38,294 nt of DNA from a virus (IMGVR_UViG_3300020269_000016:1-38294); one strand, 5' to 3'; positions 24,830 through 35,084 are shown, numbered from the stretch's first letter. The notes: a model not told the origin generated them from the letters alone. Made by a program: numbers and translations.

Positions 24830-26667
24830 TACGCTACTCCTGTTTGTGCTAACCTTGACATAAAGTTTTCAGGGTTTATTTGATCTCCCTGATCTTCTCC
24901 ACCATGTTTTGCACGTCTCACGGTTTCTCTAAATTCATCTAATACTTTTGCTCCTGCATCAGTATTACCATTTCCTAACATAGATACTATTTCTGCATCC
25001 ATAATATATTCACCCCCTGCTAAGTTTATAGGTTGTCCTTGTACTTGTGCAGGTATAGTATCTCCCATACCATCTTCGGAACTTTTTAACAATCCACTAT
25101 CAGGCATACCACCAACAGCATAACCTTTTATTTTACCACCTTCTTTTATTCCGCTTTGCCCTGAAAGACCTGCCATTTCATTTAAAGTAGTAATTATACT
25201 GTTTCTATTTTTTGTTAGTTCGTCTGGTTTATATTGAGCTAACTGTTGCAAAATCATTAATCGTTGACGCAACATATTAGTGTTAAAGTTTTTATTTGCA
25301 TAAGGATTACCTTCAGTAGGATTATCTGATAAAGCATCTTCATGTGCAGCAATTTGTGCCTGAATGTTAGCACCACTCTGAACTTGTTGAATAAACGTAT
25401 CAACAGTGGCAGTAAAAGGAGAGGAACTGACAGCACTAGGAAGATCACCTGGAGCAAAAGCCGTTTCAAGCCCTTCCATTGTTTTATCAGAACCTTCCAT
25501 ATCTACAATGCCTTCTGCTAATGCTCTATCAGCATCATTTTTCGTAAGAGGAACAAAATTACCACTTGTATCAGTAAATCCTACAACTGTTATTCCATTG
25601 ACGTTTTTGCCTTGTAACTGTTGGTTGTACACATCCATATTATGGTCTTGAGGGTTTGCTGCTGCTATATCGTATTTTGACCCTCCTTTAAAATATTCTG
25701 CTCTTGCATCTGATCTACCACTACCACCAGCCGCGCGTTTGTAAGCATAATATGCTTTGTCTCTTAATTCTTCGTCATCAGACCCACCCATGTTTACAGT
25801 GTCTACAAACCCAGGCATAGATGCTTTTGCTTTTTCTGTTGGGTCAGTTATTTTATTATATGCTTCTCTTTGAGCTTGATTTCCTGGATCTCCTCCCGTA
25901 AACGTAGTTTTTAAATCACTAAGACTTAAAACATTACCAAAACCTGAACCTCCTTCAGGGTATTTTTCTTGGTATTCTGTAAGAGCTTCACTAGGCTTAT
26001 TAGAGTCATTACTACCATCACCACTAAACATATTACCAAGAGATTCAAGTCCACTTGTTATATAATCTTTAGCTCCTTCATAAGCATCAGAAACAAACCC
26101 TATAAAACCGTCTTTTTTATAACCTGCTAACCCGCCATCAGCTAATCCTTTTAAGCCAGAAAGACCTGAATAACCTGGAATTGGTTTATTTTTATCTAAC
26201 ATATATGGACCCATATCATCTTCTTTATAGCTTTCTTCTGGAGTTATATCAGGTTTCTTTTTATAGTTAGAAGTTTCTGCAAATGCCATCAAAGGAGGCG
26301 CACTATAAGGGTTCATCATATTCATTATGCCTAACTGGTTGGCTTGTGCATCAGCTGAAGTAATAGCTTCGCCTACATCTTCTCCTTCTGGAACGTAATT
26401 TATATCAGAAAAGTAACGTCTACCACCACTTCCAGGTCTTCTACCATAATCAAAATTAGTAACAGGAGATCTTACAGCTGTATATGTAGGTATTCCACCC
26501 TGATAACCTACAGGAGTATCAGGTGGTTCTAATATCCCAGATGCGCCCACACCCAAACCTAAAATACCTGCTATTTTACGAGGGTCTAAAGTTTTTTTGT
26601 CGTCCTTATAAAAAAATAAATTTTTTACTTGGTCTGTTAAACTTAATTCTTTATCTTCTTCGTTCAT
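24829..26667 (-). CDS. Putative internal virion protein
   Basis: 612 aa. C-terminal 'DGMGDTIPA...LAGGEYIM.A..VS.LGNG..DAGA..L' domain and repeated xxGG motifs. Confidence 0.65.
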   Translation of the reverse strand: MNEEDKELSLTDQVKNLFFYKDDKKTLDPRKIAGILGLGVGASGILEPPDTPVGYQGGIPTYTAVRSPVTNFDYGRRPGSGGRRYFSDINYVPEGEDVGEAITSADAQANQLGIMNMMNPYSAPPLMAFAETSNYKKKPDITPEESYKEDDMGPYMLDKNKPIPGYSGLSGLKGLADGGLAGYKKDGFIGFVSDAYEGAKDYITSGLESLGNMFSGDGSNDSNKPSEALTEYQEKYPEGGSGFGNVLSLSDLKTTFTGGDPGNQAQREAYNKITDPTEKAKASMPGFVDTVNMGGSDDEELRDKAYYAYKRAAGGSGRSDARAEYFKGGSKYDIAAANPQDHNMDVYNQQLQGKNVNGITVVGFTDTSGNFVPLTKNDADRALAEGIVDMEGSDKTMEGLETAFAPGDLPSAVSSSPFTATVDTFIQQVQSGANIQAQIAAHEDALSDNPTEGNPYANKNFNTNMLRQRLMILQQLAQYKPDELTKNRNSIITTLNEMAGLSGQSGIKEGGKIKGYAVGGMPDSGLLKSSEDGMGDTIPAQVQGQPINLAGGEYIMDAEIVSMLGNGNTDAGAKVLDEFRETVRRAKHGGEDQGDQINPENFMSRLAQTGVA

Positions 26668-29600
26668 ACTATAGCCCTTTTTTCTTCATCTTCGTCTTCA
26701 TCTTCTTCCTCCCCTTCAGGATTTATTATACTGTCATATGGACCTCTTTGCATCAACTTTATTAAGTCATCTGTAACATTTTTATCAGTCTCAAAAGGTC
26801 TTATAAACTTAGATTCCTGTTCTGGGTTAGCAAATATACTACTAAAATCATAAATATAGTCCAAATCTACTTTAGGAGGCACTATTGATAATGTATTTAT
26901 AGCATTTCTTCCTAACATTGAATAGTCTTTCTTTTCTTCTGCTTTTTTCTTTCGTTCATCTTCTACAGCAGTAGTAACTAAAGGTTGAGTAATTATTTGC
27001 TGTTGCTGTTGTTGCTGTTGTTGCTGCTGTTTTTGTTGTTGAGCAGTTGTAAATGCACTTATATCTAACAAACCTTGTACAGTTTGTGTAGTGTCTTGTG
27101 TAGAGTCTGTTGTAGTTCCATCAGAAACATAAGGGTCAAATGTATAACTTGTAAAACCAGAATCTGCTGGAGTAGAAATATCCATCTCTAATACTTCTCC
27201 AAGATTCTCTTGCATATTAGACCAATATTGAGTTTGATCTAAATCTCCTCCATCGGTAGAAAACTTTGAATTATTTATTTTTTCTTTTACAATTTTTTCT
27301 ACTTCCGAAATGTTTTGGTCAGGATATAATTTAGAAAAAGTATCTTTTTCTTGTTGAGTTAAACTCCCTCCTTCGTTGTTAATAATCCTATACCCAATAT
27401 TACTTGCTAGTTCTGGAGATACAGTTATACCATCGAATATATAATCTGGATTATCTATAGTTACTGTTTCATCAATATATTTTCCATAAGTATTTAGTTC
27501 ACTTTTATAATCAGGTTTGCCTATATTTGAAACATCTGCTAATCCCACAACTGGAGAACCTGCAGCTGCACCCAAACCTTCTTTTGTTCCTTCTCCAAAT
27601 TCTGTAACTAAATCTTGCCCAAGATATGCAAGTAGCTTTTCGTCTTCCTTACCTAACGTAGTACCAATTCCCCATTTTTCAGATAATTTTTCAAAAGTTT
27701 CACTAAGTCCTTCTACCACAGGAATACTACCTAATTTAGCTAATCCACCCAAAACTTTACTACCAAATCTAGTAGCAGGACCTAAAATAAGCCTGGATTG
27801 TGCGTAATCTAATGAAGCTCCTATACTTCCTGTTAATAATAAAGTCTTTTTCATATCTGCTAACATGGCTGTTGCACCTGCAAAATCTCCACCATACTCA
27901 GCTTTATATTTTTGAAATTCAGGGTTAGTAGCTCTCCATTCATCGTTTTCAAAGAGCTCTCCCATAACACGTTCAATTTCAACATTTGAAGCACCCATAG
28001 CTTCTGCCGCGTTTTGTACAAGTCCTACTGCTGTACCTATTGGGCCTCCCGAAAAGAATAAAACATCAGCTATATCGTCAACAAGTCCTCCTGAAGCTTG
28101 AAGAAGCGTACCATCAATGTTGGGATCTTCTCCTAAAGATGCCTTTGAAACGTCTACAGGAACAACAAACTGCACTCCTCCAGGCCCTGTCATATATTGA
28201 AAAACTACGTTACCTTCTACGATATTTTTTTCCATTCTTTCTTTTGCTTTTGGACTAAGTCCTTCCAAATACTTAGCTTGTTTTTCTCTTGTAAGTTCTA
28301 CAAACGTTTTTGCCTTAAAATTAGGTGAACCAATCGTATCATTTATATATTCTAAGGTAGCATCAGTTTCAGATTTTTTGTCTGGGTCTACATATTTACT
28401 CCCATAAACTCTAGTAACTCCTGCATCAGCTAAATTTCTTAACTCTTTAAAAAATAAAGGTAATCCTTCGGCAGTAGCCCAAGCCATTTCAAGTCCTTCT
28501 GTACCCATTTTCTTAGAAGTATCTTTTCCCATAGCCCCACCCCAATATTCTCCAAATACAGGTAAATATTTAAAAAAAGCATTCATGTATTCAGCATTGC
28601 CCATAGCCATACTTTCCATCATGGGGTTCCATATGCCATACCCCACTCCTTCTGCTCCAAATACAGAAGATTTTGAAAAAGTTTTAGGTAAGCTTTTTAG
28701 AGTGCTTTTTGCAGTTTGTCCTGTAAGACTTAAAAGCCAACTAGGAATTTGTTTCCAGTTAGACAAAATTGGCATGGATAAACCCCTTAATGGGTTAGAT
28801 ATATCCCAAGGAGCAGGGGCACTAAATCCTTCTCCTGTTTGTAGCTTTCCTAAATCTGCCATTTTTTTCATATATCCAGGAGTTATCATGTTAACCATGA
28901 GCCTATCAACGTCTGTTTTCTCCATATTATCTAGGTTTTTTGAGGTTTGTTTATTATTTATGTCAAACCCTGATAAATTATTTATGGCTAAGATGTTATC
29001 TACACTTAGTTCTCTACCAAACATTAGTTTAGCTGACATATCTGCGTCTAAAATATCTCCTTCTTTTGCACTAATTTTTAAATCATCGGGAGCATCTCTA
29101 TTATGGATTTCTATGTTATCTAATATGTCTTCTGTAATTTTTTGACCTGGAGTTATATCTTCAAATTGAACATCGTTGGGAGATACTAAATATTCAGGGT
29201 TTTTAAGATTATGATCCATTATATTTCTTGCTGTTTCAGCTGATACTATTTCACCTACTTTATATTCAGTAAAAGAAGACAAGTCTCCTTCCATATCTAC
29301 TATATATTGTAAATCTGATACAGATTTGGCTTTTTTAAATGCATTAATTTGTTTTTGGTCGAACTCAGAAAGTTGATCGTATACGTCTGTAGGTTCTGTA
29401 CCAATAGAAACCTTGTTTAGAATTGTTTCTAGTGCATTAATTTGTGACTGCACTGCAGATTGGTCAGGCACACTAAGATAATCATATAATTCAGTTTTTA
29501 CGGCTTCTAAATAAGCTTCTGCGTTTGTAAAATTATCAGGTAAAGGTATCCCTTTGTCGTATGCAATTTTCCAACTACTTTCGGACTGTTTATCTGAAGG

Positions 29601-30671
29601 TGTACCTAAATTTACATAAGAACCATCTTCAAACACAAAAACACCTTGTTTTTTATCTAGACCTTTTTTATCACTCCAAGTTTGAACTTTACCATCTTTT
29701 TCAAGGGCTTTTCCTTTTCCATCAACGATTACACCGTTAGAAGCAACTAGAGTACCATCCTTTTTTTGAGTAAGTCCAAATCCTTTTAATAAGCCCGATG
29801 CAAAGTTTTCTACAGGTTTTTCTAATAGTTTACCCAACTTTTGTTCAGATGATGTACGTAACGAACCATAATAAGCATTATTTACAGCTTCTTTTCCTCC
29901 TCCTTGTAAGCCTACTATTGTAGCAGCAGTTATGGCTCTAGTAAGTTCTTGATCGAACCCTTTACCTACAAGTCCTGTGGTTTTGTCCAACATACCACTC
30001 ATTTGTTCAGAAAATAACCCTACAACTGCATCAGTAATAGTCCCTGCTTTAGCTACAATATCTACTCCTTTAGCTATAGCATCCTGTACTTCAGGAGATA
30101 TAATATCAGTGCCTAATGCCTGTGTTTCTAAATCACTAAAAAAGTTAGTAAACTCCTTTACTCCTGACTGTAATGGATCGCTTACTTGGTCTAAAAAACT
30201 AGTAGCAATAGAAAACTCAAGATCTCCACCTTTACCCAGTTTACTGGTAACATCAGATACGATCTCACTTGTAGACTTTACTAAGTTAGTATTTATATTG
30301 AGTTCAGTAAGAGCAGTTGACGTGTAATCACCTATAGCTTCAGACACTTTGGGAGTAACAGCACTCAATACTACATTACGTAATATATCATCAAAATCAG
30401 CTCCATTTTGTGCAGCAAATGCAGCATTAACAAAAGGAGATAACTGAGGAGCAAGTATACTAGTGCCTACTTGAACTACAAACTGTATTGGTTTATCTGC
30501 TATAGCCTTTGCTGTGTTTTCTACTGCTTTCCACGCATCATTCAAGCCATCAGCAATATCACCAGGATCATAAATCTGTAGGTCACCAGGGTCCCAACTA
30601 TCTTTTAGGTCATCAAATGCATCATCAATACTATCTCTTAGGTCATCCCACCATTTGCTAAATACACTCAT
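26664..30671 (-). CDS. Large putative internal virion protein
   Basis: 1335 aa, acidic, with G/A-rich amphipathic segments and a poly-Q near the C-terminus. Located in the virion operon. Confidence 0.6.
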   Translation of the reverse strand: MSVFSKWWDDLRDSIDDAFDDLKDSWDPGDLQIYDPGDIADGLNDAWKAVENTAKAIADKPIQFVVQVGTSILAPQLSPFVNAAFAAQNGADFDDILRNVVLSAVTPKVSEAIGDYTSTALTELNINTNLVKSTSEIVSDVTSKLGKGGDLEFSIATSFLDQVSDPLQSGVKEFTNFFSDLETQALGTDIISPEVQDAIAKGVDIVAKAGTITDAVVGLFSEQMSGMLDKTTGLVGKGFDQELTRAITAATIVGLQGGGKEAVNNAYYGSLRTSSEQKLGKLLEKPVENFASGLLKGFGLTQKKDGTLVASNGVIVDGKGKALEKDGKVQTWSDKKGLDKKQGVFVFEDGSYVNLGTPSDKQSESSWKIAYDKGIPLPDNFTNAEAYLEAVKTELYDYLSVPDQSAVQSQINALETILNKVSIGTEPTDVYDQLSEFDQKQINAFKKAKSVSDLQYIVDMEGDLSSFTEYKVGEIVSAETARNIMDHNLKNPEYLVSPNDVQFEDITPGQKITEDILDNIEIHNRDAPDDLKISAKEGDILDADMSAKLMFGRELSVDNILAINNLSGFDINNKQTSKNLDNMEKTDVDRLMVNMITPGYMKKMADLGKLQTGEGFSAPAPWDISNPLRGLSMPILSNWKQIPSWLLSLTGQTAKSTLKSLPKTFSKSSVFGAEGVGYGIWNPMMESMAMGNAEYMNAFFKYLPVFGEYWGGAMGKDTSKKMGTEGLEMAWATAEGLPLFFKELRNLADAGVTRVYGSKYVDPDKKSETDATLEYINDTIGSPNFKAKTFVELTREKQAKYLEGLSPKAKERMEKNIVEGNVVFQYMTGPGGVQFVVPVDVSKASLGEDPNIDGTLLQASGGLVDDIADVLFFSGGPIGTAVGLVQNAAEAMGASNVEIERVMGELFENDEWRATNPEFQKYKAEYGGDFAGATAMLADMKKTLLLTGSIGASLDYAQSRLILGPATRFGSKVLGGLAKLGSIPVVEGLSETFEKLSEKWGIGTTLGKEDEKLLAYLGQDLVTEFGEGTKEGLGAAAGSPVVGLADVSNIGKPDYKSELNTYGKYIDETVTIDNPDYIFDGITVSPELASNIGYRIINNEGGSLTQQEKDTFSKLYPDQNISEVEKIVKEKINNSKFSTDGGDLDQTQYWSNMQENLGEVLEMDISTPADSGFTSYTFDPYVSDGTTTDSTQDTTQTVQGLLDISAFTTAQQQKQQQQQQQQQQQIITQPLVTTAVEDERKKKAEEKKDYSMLGRNAINTLSIVPPKVDLDYIYDFSSIFANPEQESKFIRPFETDKNVTDDLIKLMQRGPYDSIINPEGEEEDEDEDEEKRAIV
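26998..27040 (-). repeat. CAA/CAG trinucleotide tract encoding poly-Gln
   Basis: Encodes QQQKQQQQQQQQQQQ. Confidence 0.85.
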
Positions 30672-30674
30672 CTA

Positions 30675-31127
30675 CTATGACCTTTTTTGTATATTAGTAT
30701 CCCAAATAGAAGTTATAACATCTTTTGTTTGAGACATTCCCATAGCTACATTTGACTTACTCATTTCATTCTTTATTTCTATGTACACATCAAGATATTT
30801 TTTATCTACTCCTGATATTACCCCTTTAGTAATACCTAAATTTATTAAGTTTTCTATTAAAGATACTGAGTTCTTAACATAGTTTGTTTTAGTATCTATA
30901 TTATATGGTATAACTAATGCGCTTTTTTTATCTTCATTAAAATTTACTATAAATACTGTGTTATTTTTTTGAAACTTTTTTGCTCCTGGCTTAGATAAAA
31001 GACTTTCTGCAAACAACATGGCTTTAGATACATCTTCTTTTTTTGCTTTTTCTTCACTTAATATTGCTTGAGTTATAACCACAGGGTAAGGTAATTTTTT
31101 CTCTCCGCTATTTACTTCTTTTTTCAT
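30675..31127 (-). CDS. Hypothetical protein
   Basis: 150 aa, GAGGTGA RBS, tightly packed in the operon. Confidence 0.75.
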   Translation of the reverse strand: MKKEVNSGEKKLPYPVVITQAILSEEKAKKEDVSKAMLFAESLLSKPGAKKFQKNNTVFIVNFNEDKKSALVIPYNIDTKTNYVKNSVSLIENLINLGITKGVISGVDKKYLDVYIEIKNEMSKSNVAMGMSQTKDVITSIWDTNIQKRS

Positions 31128-31128
31128 A

Positions 31129-31452
31129 TTAGCTCACCTCTAACATACTTAATATTATATGTAGTAAGTTTCCTGCACCTGCTTGAGCTTTTATTATATC
31201 CCCTGCTTCTAATACTATGGGGGATGTTAATAGTTCTGTAGTAGCATTTCCTGCTATTGATTTAGATTTAAAAAGGTTAAAAACAGCAGATCCACTAGTT
31301 GTTAAAGTTATTGATATATTTGTTCCTGTGTTACCATCTTCTGTAACTAATATAGACTTAAGAATAGCAGTAGCTCCAGTAGGACAAGTATATACTGTTG
31401 TATTGTTTGTGTTTGTTAAGTCAGCTTTTGCGCTTCTATAATTATTTGCCAT
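31129..31452 (-). CDS. Small beta-rich putative virion protein
   Basis: 107 aa, 'TVYTCP...AILKSI.V....P.VLE.GD.IK'. Follows the tail-hub gene. Confidence 0.7.
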   Translation of the reverse strand: MANNYRSAKADLTNTNNTTVYTCPTGATAILKSILVTEDGNTGTNISITLTTSGSAVFNLFKSKSIAGNATTELLTSPIVLEAGDIIKAQAGAGNLLHIILSMLEVS

Positions 31453-31641
31453 TTATCCTAAAAACCATGCTGTTGCTTCTGCTTGTTCTTTTAATGTAGT
31501 CTTTCTTAGCGCATCATCTACCTGACTAAAATAAATACGCAAAATATTATTTAAATTACTTTGAAATCTAATATCATACTCTTTTGGAGCTATAGGTAAA
31601 ACTGGAGCTGTAAAATTTATGTCGGTATCTGATTCTGGCAT
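31453..31641 (-). CDS. Small putative virion protein
   Basis: 62 aa, 'P.LP.AP.EYD...N.LR.YF'. TAATG coupling. Confidence 0.7.
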   Translation of the reverse strand: MPESDTDINFTAPVLPIAPKEYDIRFQSNLNNILRIYFSQVDDALRKTTLKEQAEATAWFLG

Positions 31642-33671
31642 TATCTTCTCCCATCTGGACGCATTCTAATTCTCTGTGCGCCTACTTGCCATTGAGTGCC
31701 TACGTCACTGGAACTAACTTTAAATAATACTTGTCTACCTCTGAAACGTAAATCCAATTCTTGTGTATAGTTTTCATACAACCCATAAACAGTAGGGGGA
31801 TATGTGGCTGATATCTCTTGTTTGTAACCTTTTTGTTGGGGGTAGACTACAGTATTTCCACCTTGAGTTTCCGAAAAGTCTTCTCCTCCTACAGAAGGAG
31901 GTTGTGGAGTTACACCTGAACCTGAATTAGCAAAAGTAATAAATTCAAAAGTTAGCTTGGGTGTTTGTGTCCAGTCAGAACCAGAAAACAAGATATCAGG
32001 TAGTAGTTTATCTACAAACATAAATCTATCACCATCGTCTAAATCAAAGAAAGATGAGGTAATTCCTGCATTTATAGAAGAAGCCGTAGAGGTAGATTTA
32101 TCATCAATACCTTTTTCATGAAATAGAAGCCTACCTGCTGTAGTGCCAGTATTACCCGTACCACCTGTAATGTAAGCACTGATTGGATAGTCTTGTATAC
32201 CAGAATCAATCCAAGCAGTTCTAAAGAAGCTACCATAATACCATATATCATCTACATAGTTGTAAATTACATACTTGCCGTTATAAAACCACCATACTTC
32301 ATTAAAAGCTTCGTTTGTACCTGCACTTATTTGGGCAGTTTGATCTCTGTCTACGCCTGCAAACACATATTTTTTTACTTTACATGGAAGAGGTCTTACT
32401 GTGCCATCATATATGTAAAATTGATCTTTACCCATCCAAAAAGCTATACCTGATGCATAAGCAACCGCATTTTGAGATATGATAGATATGTTATCACCTA
32501 CTAATTGTTGACCCCACACGGCTTGTCCACCTATATAAGAAAAAGCATATAATGAAGAGTCTGTCCAAACTAATATCTCTTGTCTACCTTGTATGGCAGT
32601 TACAATCTCAGAACCTCTTGCTAAAGGTAACGAACCAGCTTGGTTTTCTGCAGAAGGAGTCCAGTTAGTAGGATCTTCTTGATCTGACCAACGAACAAGC
32701 ATTGGATCTAAAGATATACTACCTAACGGGTTTACACCAAAACAGAAAACAAATCTATTGTCTGATACTAAAGATAAATTTTGTACTACAGGTGTGTTAG
32801 AAGCTCCAGGTCGAGAGGATAATAAAACTCCACGATTTGCATCATTCACACCATTACTAGCATCCCAGTAATATAGTACACCTCCTTTAAATCCAAAAAT
32901 TAAATCTTCTCCAAAGTTAGATTGTGACCATATGCGTATGGCACTAATATCTGTTGTTAGACTTGAGTGCCCCCAAGCATCTTCGCCCCATGTACCAGAA
33001 CTCCAACCATTTATAGGCTGGGCATTGTCTGCTCCAATATTTATTTGATACGTGCCAACTGTAGAACTACCTCCATTACCAGAATCTGAACTATTAGCAC
33101 TAACAAAACTGCCTCCAAAATCTGCGGGATCTATATTACCCCCTGCAGTTGTAATATCTCCTATGGCAGACACAGTTCTTGCTTTTATTTTATATGTATT
33201 AGCGTCTACAATTTCATGAATTTGATATTCTTGGTTTAATATATCTGCAGTAATATTTCCTCCTAGAGAGGCTGCGTCACTAAAAGTAACAAAATCGTAT
33301 ACAGTAGCTCCATGACCTGTATCGGTAACAGTTACTATTTCAGACCCATTTGTTGCAGAAAACGTTACATCTCCTGCGGCTGTAGTAGATCTAGTTGGTG
33401 TTATATCATAATATTTACCACCCATCTCAATGTAAAACTTCATTTGAGTTCCTACACCTATAAGCTTCAAACCTCCTAAAGTAGTCCAGTTAGATAAAGA
33501 TCTGCAAGCACCAAGGAAATACTTTTCAGATATACGTTCCCAACCACCTATTTTTTCAGGAAAACCTTTTCTAAAACGTATATTATACCCATCATACCAA
33601 CCACCTTCAGAAGCATACATGGTATTTTCTCTATCTATTCCAGGTTTAAATAGAATTTTTTTAAAAGGCAT
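31641..33671 (-). CDS. Tail hub / DNA stabilisation protein (P22 gp10-like or nozzle; beta-propeller)
   Basis: 676 aa with repeating beta-strand units. 'KPGI.RE.T.Y..EGGW.D...RFR.G.PEKIGGW', 'VRWSDQED...W.P', C-terminal 'R.RGRQ...PDGRR'. Confidence 0.7.
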   Translation of the reverse strand: MPFKKILFKPGIDRENTMYASEGGWYDGYNIRFRKGFPEKIGGWERISEKYFLGACRSLSNWTTLGGLKLIGVGTQMKFYIEMGGKYYDITPTRSTTAAGDVTFSATNGSEIVTVTDTGHGATVYDFVTFSDAASLGGNITADILNQEYQIHEIVDANTYKIKARTVSAIGDITTAGGNIDPADFGGSFVSANSSDSGNGGSSTVGTYQINIGADNAQPINGWSSGTWGEDAWGHSSLTTDISAIRIWSQSNFGEDLIFGFKGGVLYYWDASNGVNDANRGVLLSSRPGASNTPVVQNLSLVSDNRFVFCFGVNPLGSISLDPMLVRWSDQEDPTNWTPSAENQAGSLPLARGSEIVTAIQGRQEILVWTDSSLYAFSYIGGQAVWGQQLVGDNISIISQNAVAYASGIAFWMGKDQFYIYDGTVRPLPCKVKKYVFAGVDRDQTAQISAGTNEAFNEVWWFYNGKYVIYNYVDDIWYYGSFFRTAWIDSGIQDYPISAYITGGTGNTGTTAGRLLFHEKGIDDKSTSTASSINAGITSSFFDLDDGDRFMFVDKLLPDILFSGSDWTQTPKLTFEFITFANSGSGVTPQPPSVGGEDFSETQGGNTVVYPQQKGYKQEISATYPPTVYGLYENYTQELDLRFRGRQVLFKVSSSDVGTQWQVGAQRIRMRPDGRR

Positions 33672-33880
33672 TATATTTCCTTATCATCTTGTTGAGTCCC
33701 AGGTATTACTTGGCAAAATGGTTTTGCTTGATGAACTGCTGGAAACTTAACGGCTTTATTTGCTTTAGATATCGCGCTCTCAAAACATTTTTCTTTACTA
33801 GTGTACAGATCATTTCCTGTAATCACCATACAGCTTTGAGCGTACATACTACCACAAACTATTAATATGGACATCCACAT
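33671..33880 (-). CDS. Small exported or membrane Cys-containing hypothetical protein
   Basis: 69 aa, hydrophobic N-terminus, four Cys. TAATG coupling. Confidence 0.65.
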   Translation of the reverse strand: MWMSILIVCGSMYAQSCMVITGNDLYTSKEKCFESAISKANKAVKFPAVHQAKPFCQVIPGTQQDDKEI

Positions 33881-33889
33881 TATAACACG

Positions 33890-34345
33890 TCATTCTATAA
33901 GCTCAAAGTGAGGACCATCAATGAAGGGCCTTCGACCTTGGCTACGTCTTAAATCAATATAGCTATTCATAGCATCTTCCATTGTACCATTCCATGATCT
34001 TATATCATCTATACTCCATGCTGCTCCCCATCTAATGGTTACATTATTATCTCTAGCAGCTTGAGCCATTGCATCAGCGATATCATCGTAAAGATTCAGC
34101 TCCCATGATGCCCTCGAACCAACATAGGCCATGAGATCGACTGCGTGACCTGTAAGGTGTTTTGATGCCATTGTTTGGCTTGCGCCTTTATCTACAAGTT
34201 CGCGTTGTTCTGCTTCTGTTCTCATCCCACAAATCACACCAAAGTCTACCTTTGAATAGGTTATGGCATCTTTAACAACAAAAACTAAATCAGGGTGTAC
34301 GCCTTCAAGACGGTCTAAAGATCTTTGGCTTAATTTAAAACTCAT
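33890..34345 (-). CDS. Endolysin, peptidase M15 family (L-Ala-D-Glu peptidase-like)
   Basis: 'LEGVHPDL', 'G.RT...Q', 'SKHLTGHAVD' (SxHxxxxAxD) and 'DGPHFEL'. Confidence 0.92.
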   Translation of the reverse strand: MSFKLSQRSLDRLEGVHPDLVFVVKDAITYSKVDFGVICGMRTEAEQRELVDKGASQTMASKHLTGHAVDLMAYVGSRASWELNLYDDIADAMAQAARDNNVTIRWGAAWSIDDIRSWNGTMEDAMNSYIDLRRSQGRRPFIDGPHFELIE

Positions 34346-34743
34346 TTTGTTAGTCCTTTCTGTTTTTCATACGTCCTAAGTGATCCAATTCCGAGCATAC
34401 CTCCGAGGACAGTAAGAAGTGTACCCATATCAAAACTGGGTAAATCAGGTATGTTTGTTCCAGTTAGTGCAACTATAAAAATAATAACTGGCTGAAGAAT
34501 AAAGTGATAGCAAAAAGCAACCCCACAGACCCAACCAACGAAAGGCCTCCAGCCACCTTTAAACAAGCTTCCACTAGCCGCTTCTGCTGCATTAACCTCA
34601 ATTTGGGCGAGGGCCAGCTGTTGAGCGTGTTTTTCTGACATGGTTGCAATCTCATGAGAAAGTTTTCTCTTTAGATCTGTATCAGGTATTGCTTTGTCTA
34701 GTATCTTAGATACTGGTTGTATAAGACTATCTAATAGGCCCAT
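34342..34743 (-). CDS. Holin, GTA 3TM-holin-like
   Basis: Start re-called to ATG 34743 (GGAGG RBS). 'Q.EVN..EA...S.F..GWRP.VGW' and 'GMLG.G..R..EK'. Adjacent to the endolysin. Confidence 0.85.
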   Translation of the reverse strand: MGLLDSLIQPVSKILDKAIPDTDLKRKLSHEIATMSEKHAQQLALAQIEVNAAEAASGSLFKGGWRPFVGWVCGVAFCYHFILQPVIIFIVALTGTNIPDLPSFDMGTLLTVLGGMLGIGSLRTYEKQKGLTK

Positions 34744-35077
34744 TATCCTCCCCTTTGTTTGCACGTTTTGCTAATTGATTAAAACCAATAAAAGAGCCGA
34801 TGACTCCCATGTTAGATAATATCCAAATTTCAGCAATCCCACTTAAGTGATCTATTTTTTCGTTAGATATTAAAGGGGTCATTAATACAATGATAAATAC
34901 AGTTACTGTTAATGCAGAAAACCAAACTAAATGACGTTGCTGATCTTCTTTTTTATCACGATTCTCAAGCAAAATCATACGTTCTCTTCGTTCTAACTCT
35001 TTATCATCTACTATTCCATCACCATTTTTATCTGCTTTTTCCCAGATACTACCTTTTTGTAATCTTTTTTGCACCAT
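34727..35077 (-). CDS. Membrane protein with an EF-hand-like loop and two TM helices
   Basis: 'DKNGDGIVDDKE' followed by two hydrophobic segments. Confidence 0.75.
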   Translation of the reverse strand: MVQKRLQKGSIWEKADKNGDGIVDDKELERRERMILLENRDKKEDQQRHLVWFSALTVTVFIIVLMTPLISNEKIDHLSGIAEIWILSNMGVIGSFIGFNQLAKRANKGEDNGPIR

Positions 35078-35084
35078 GATATAC

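Noticed and set aside
18166-29145. Long + strand ORFs opposite the virion genes (e.g. 18166-18762, 19555-19956, 20353-20733, 28585-29145).
   Set aside because: They are antisense shadows with S/L/F-rich composition, no RBS and no motifs.
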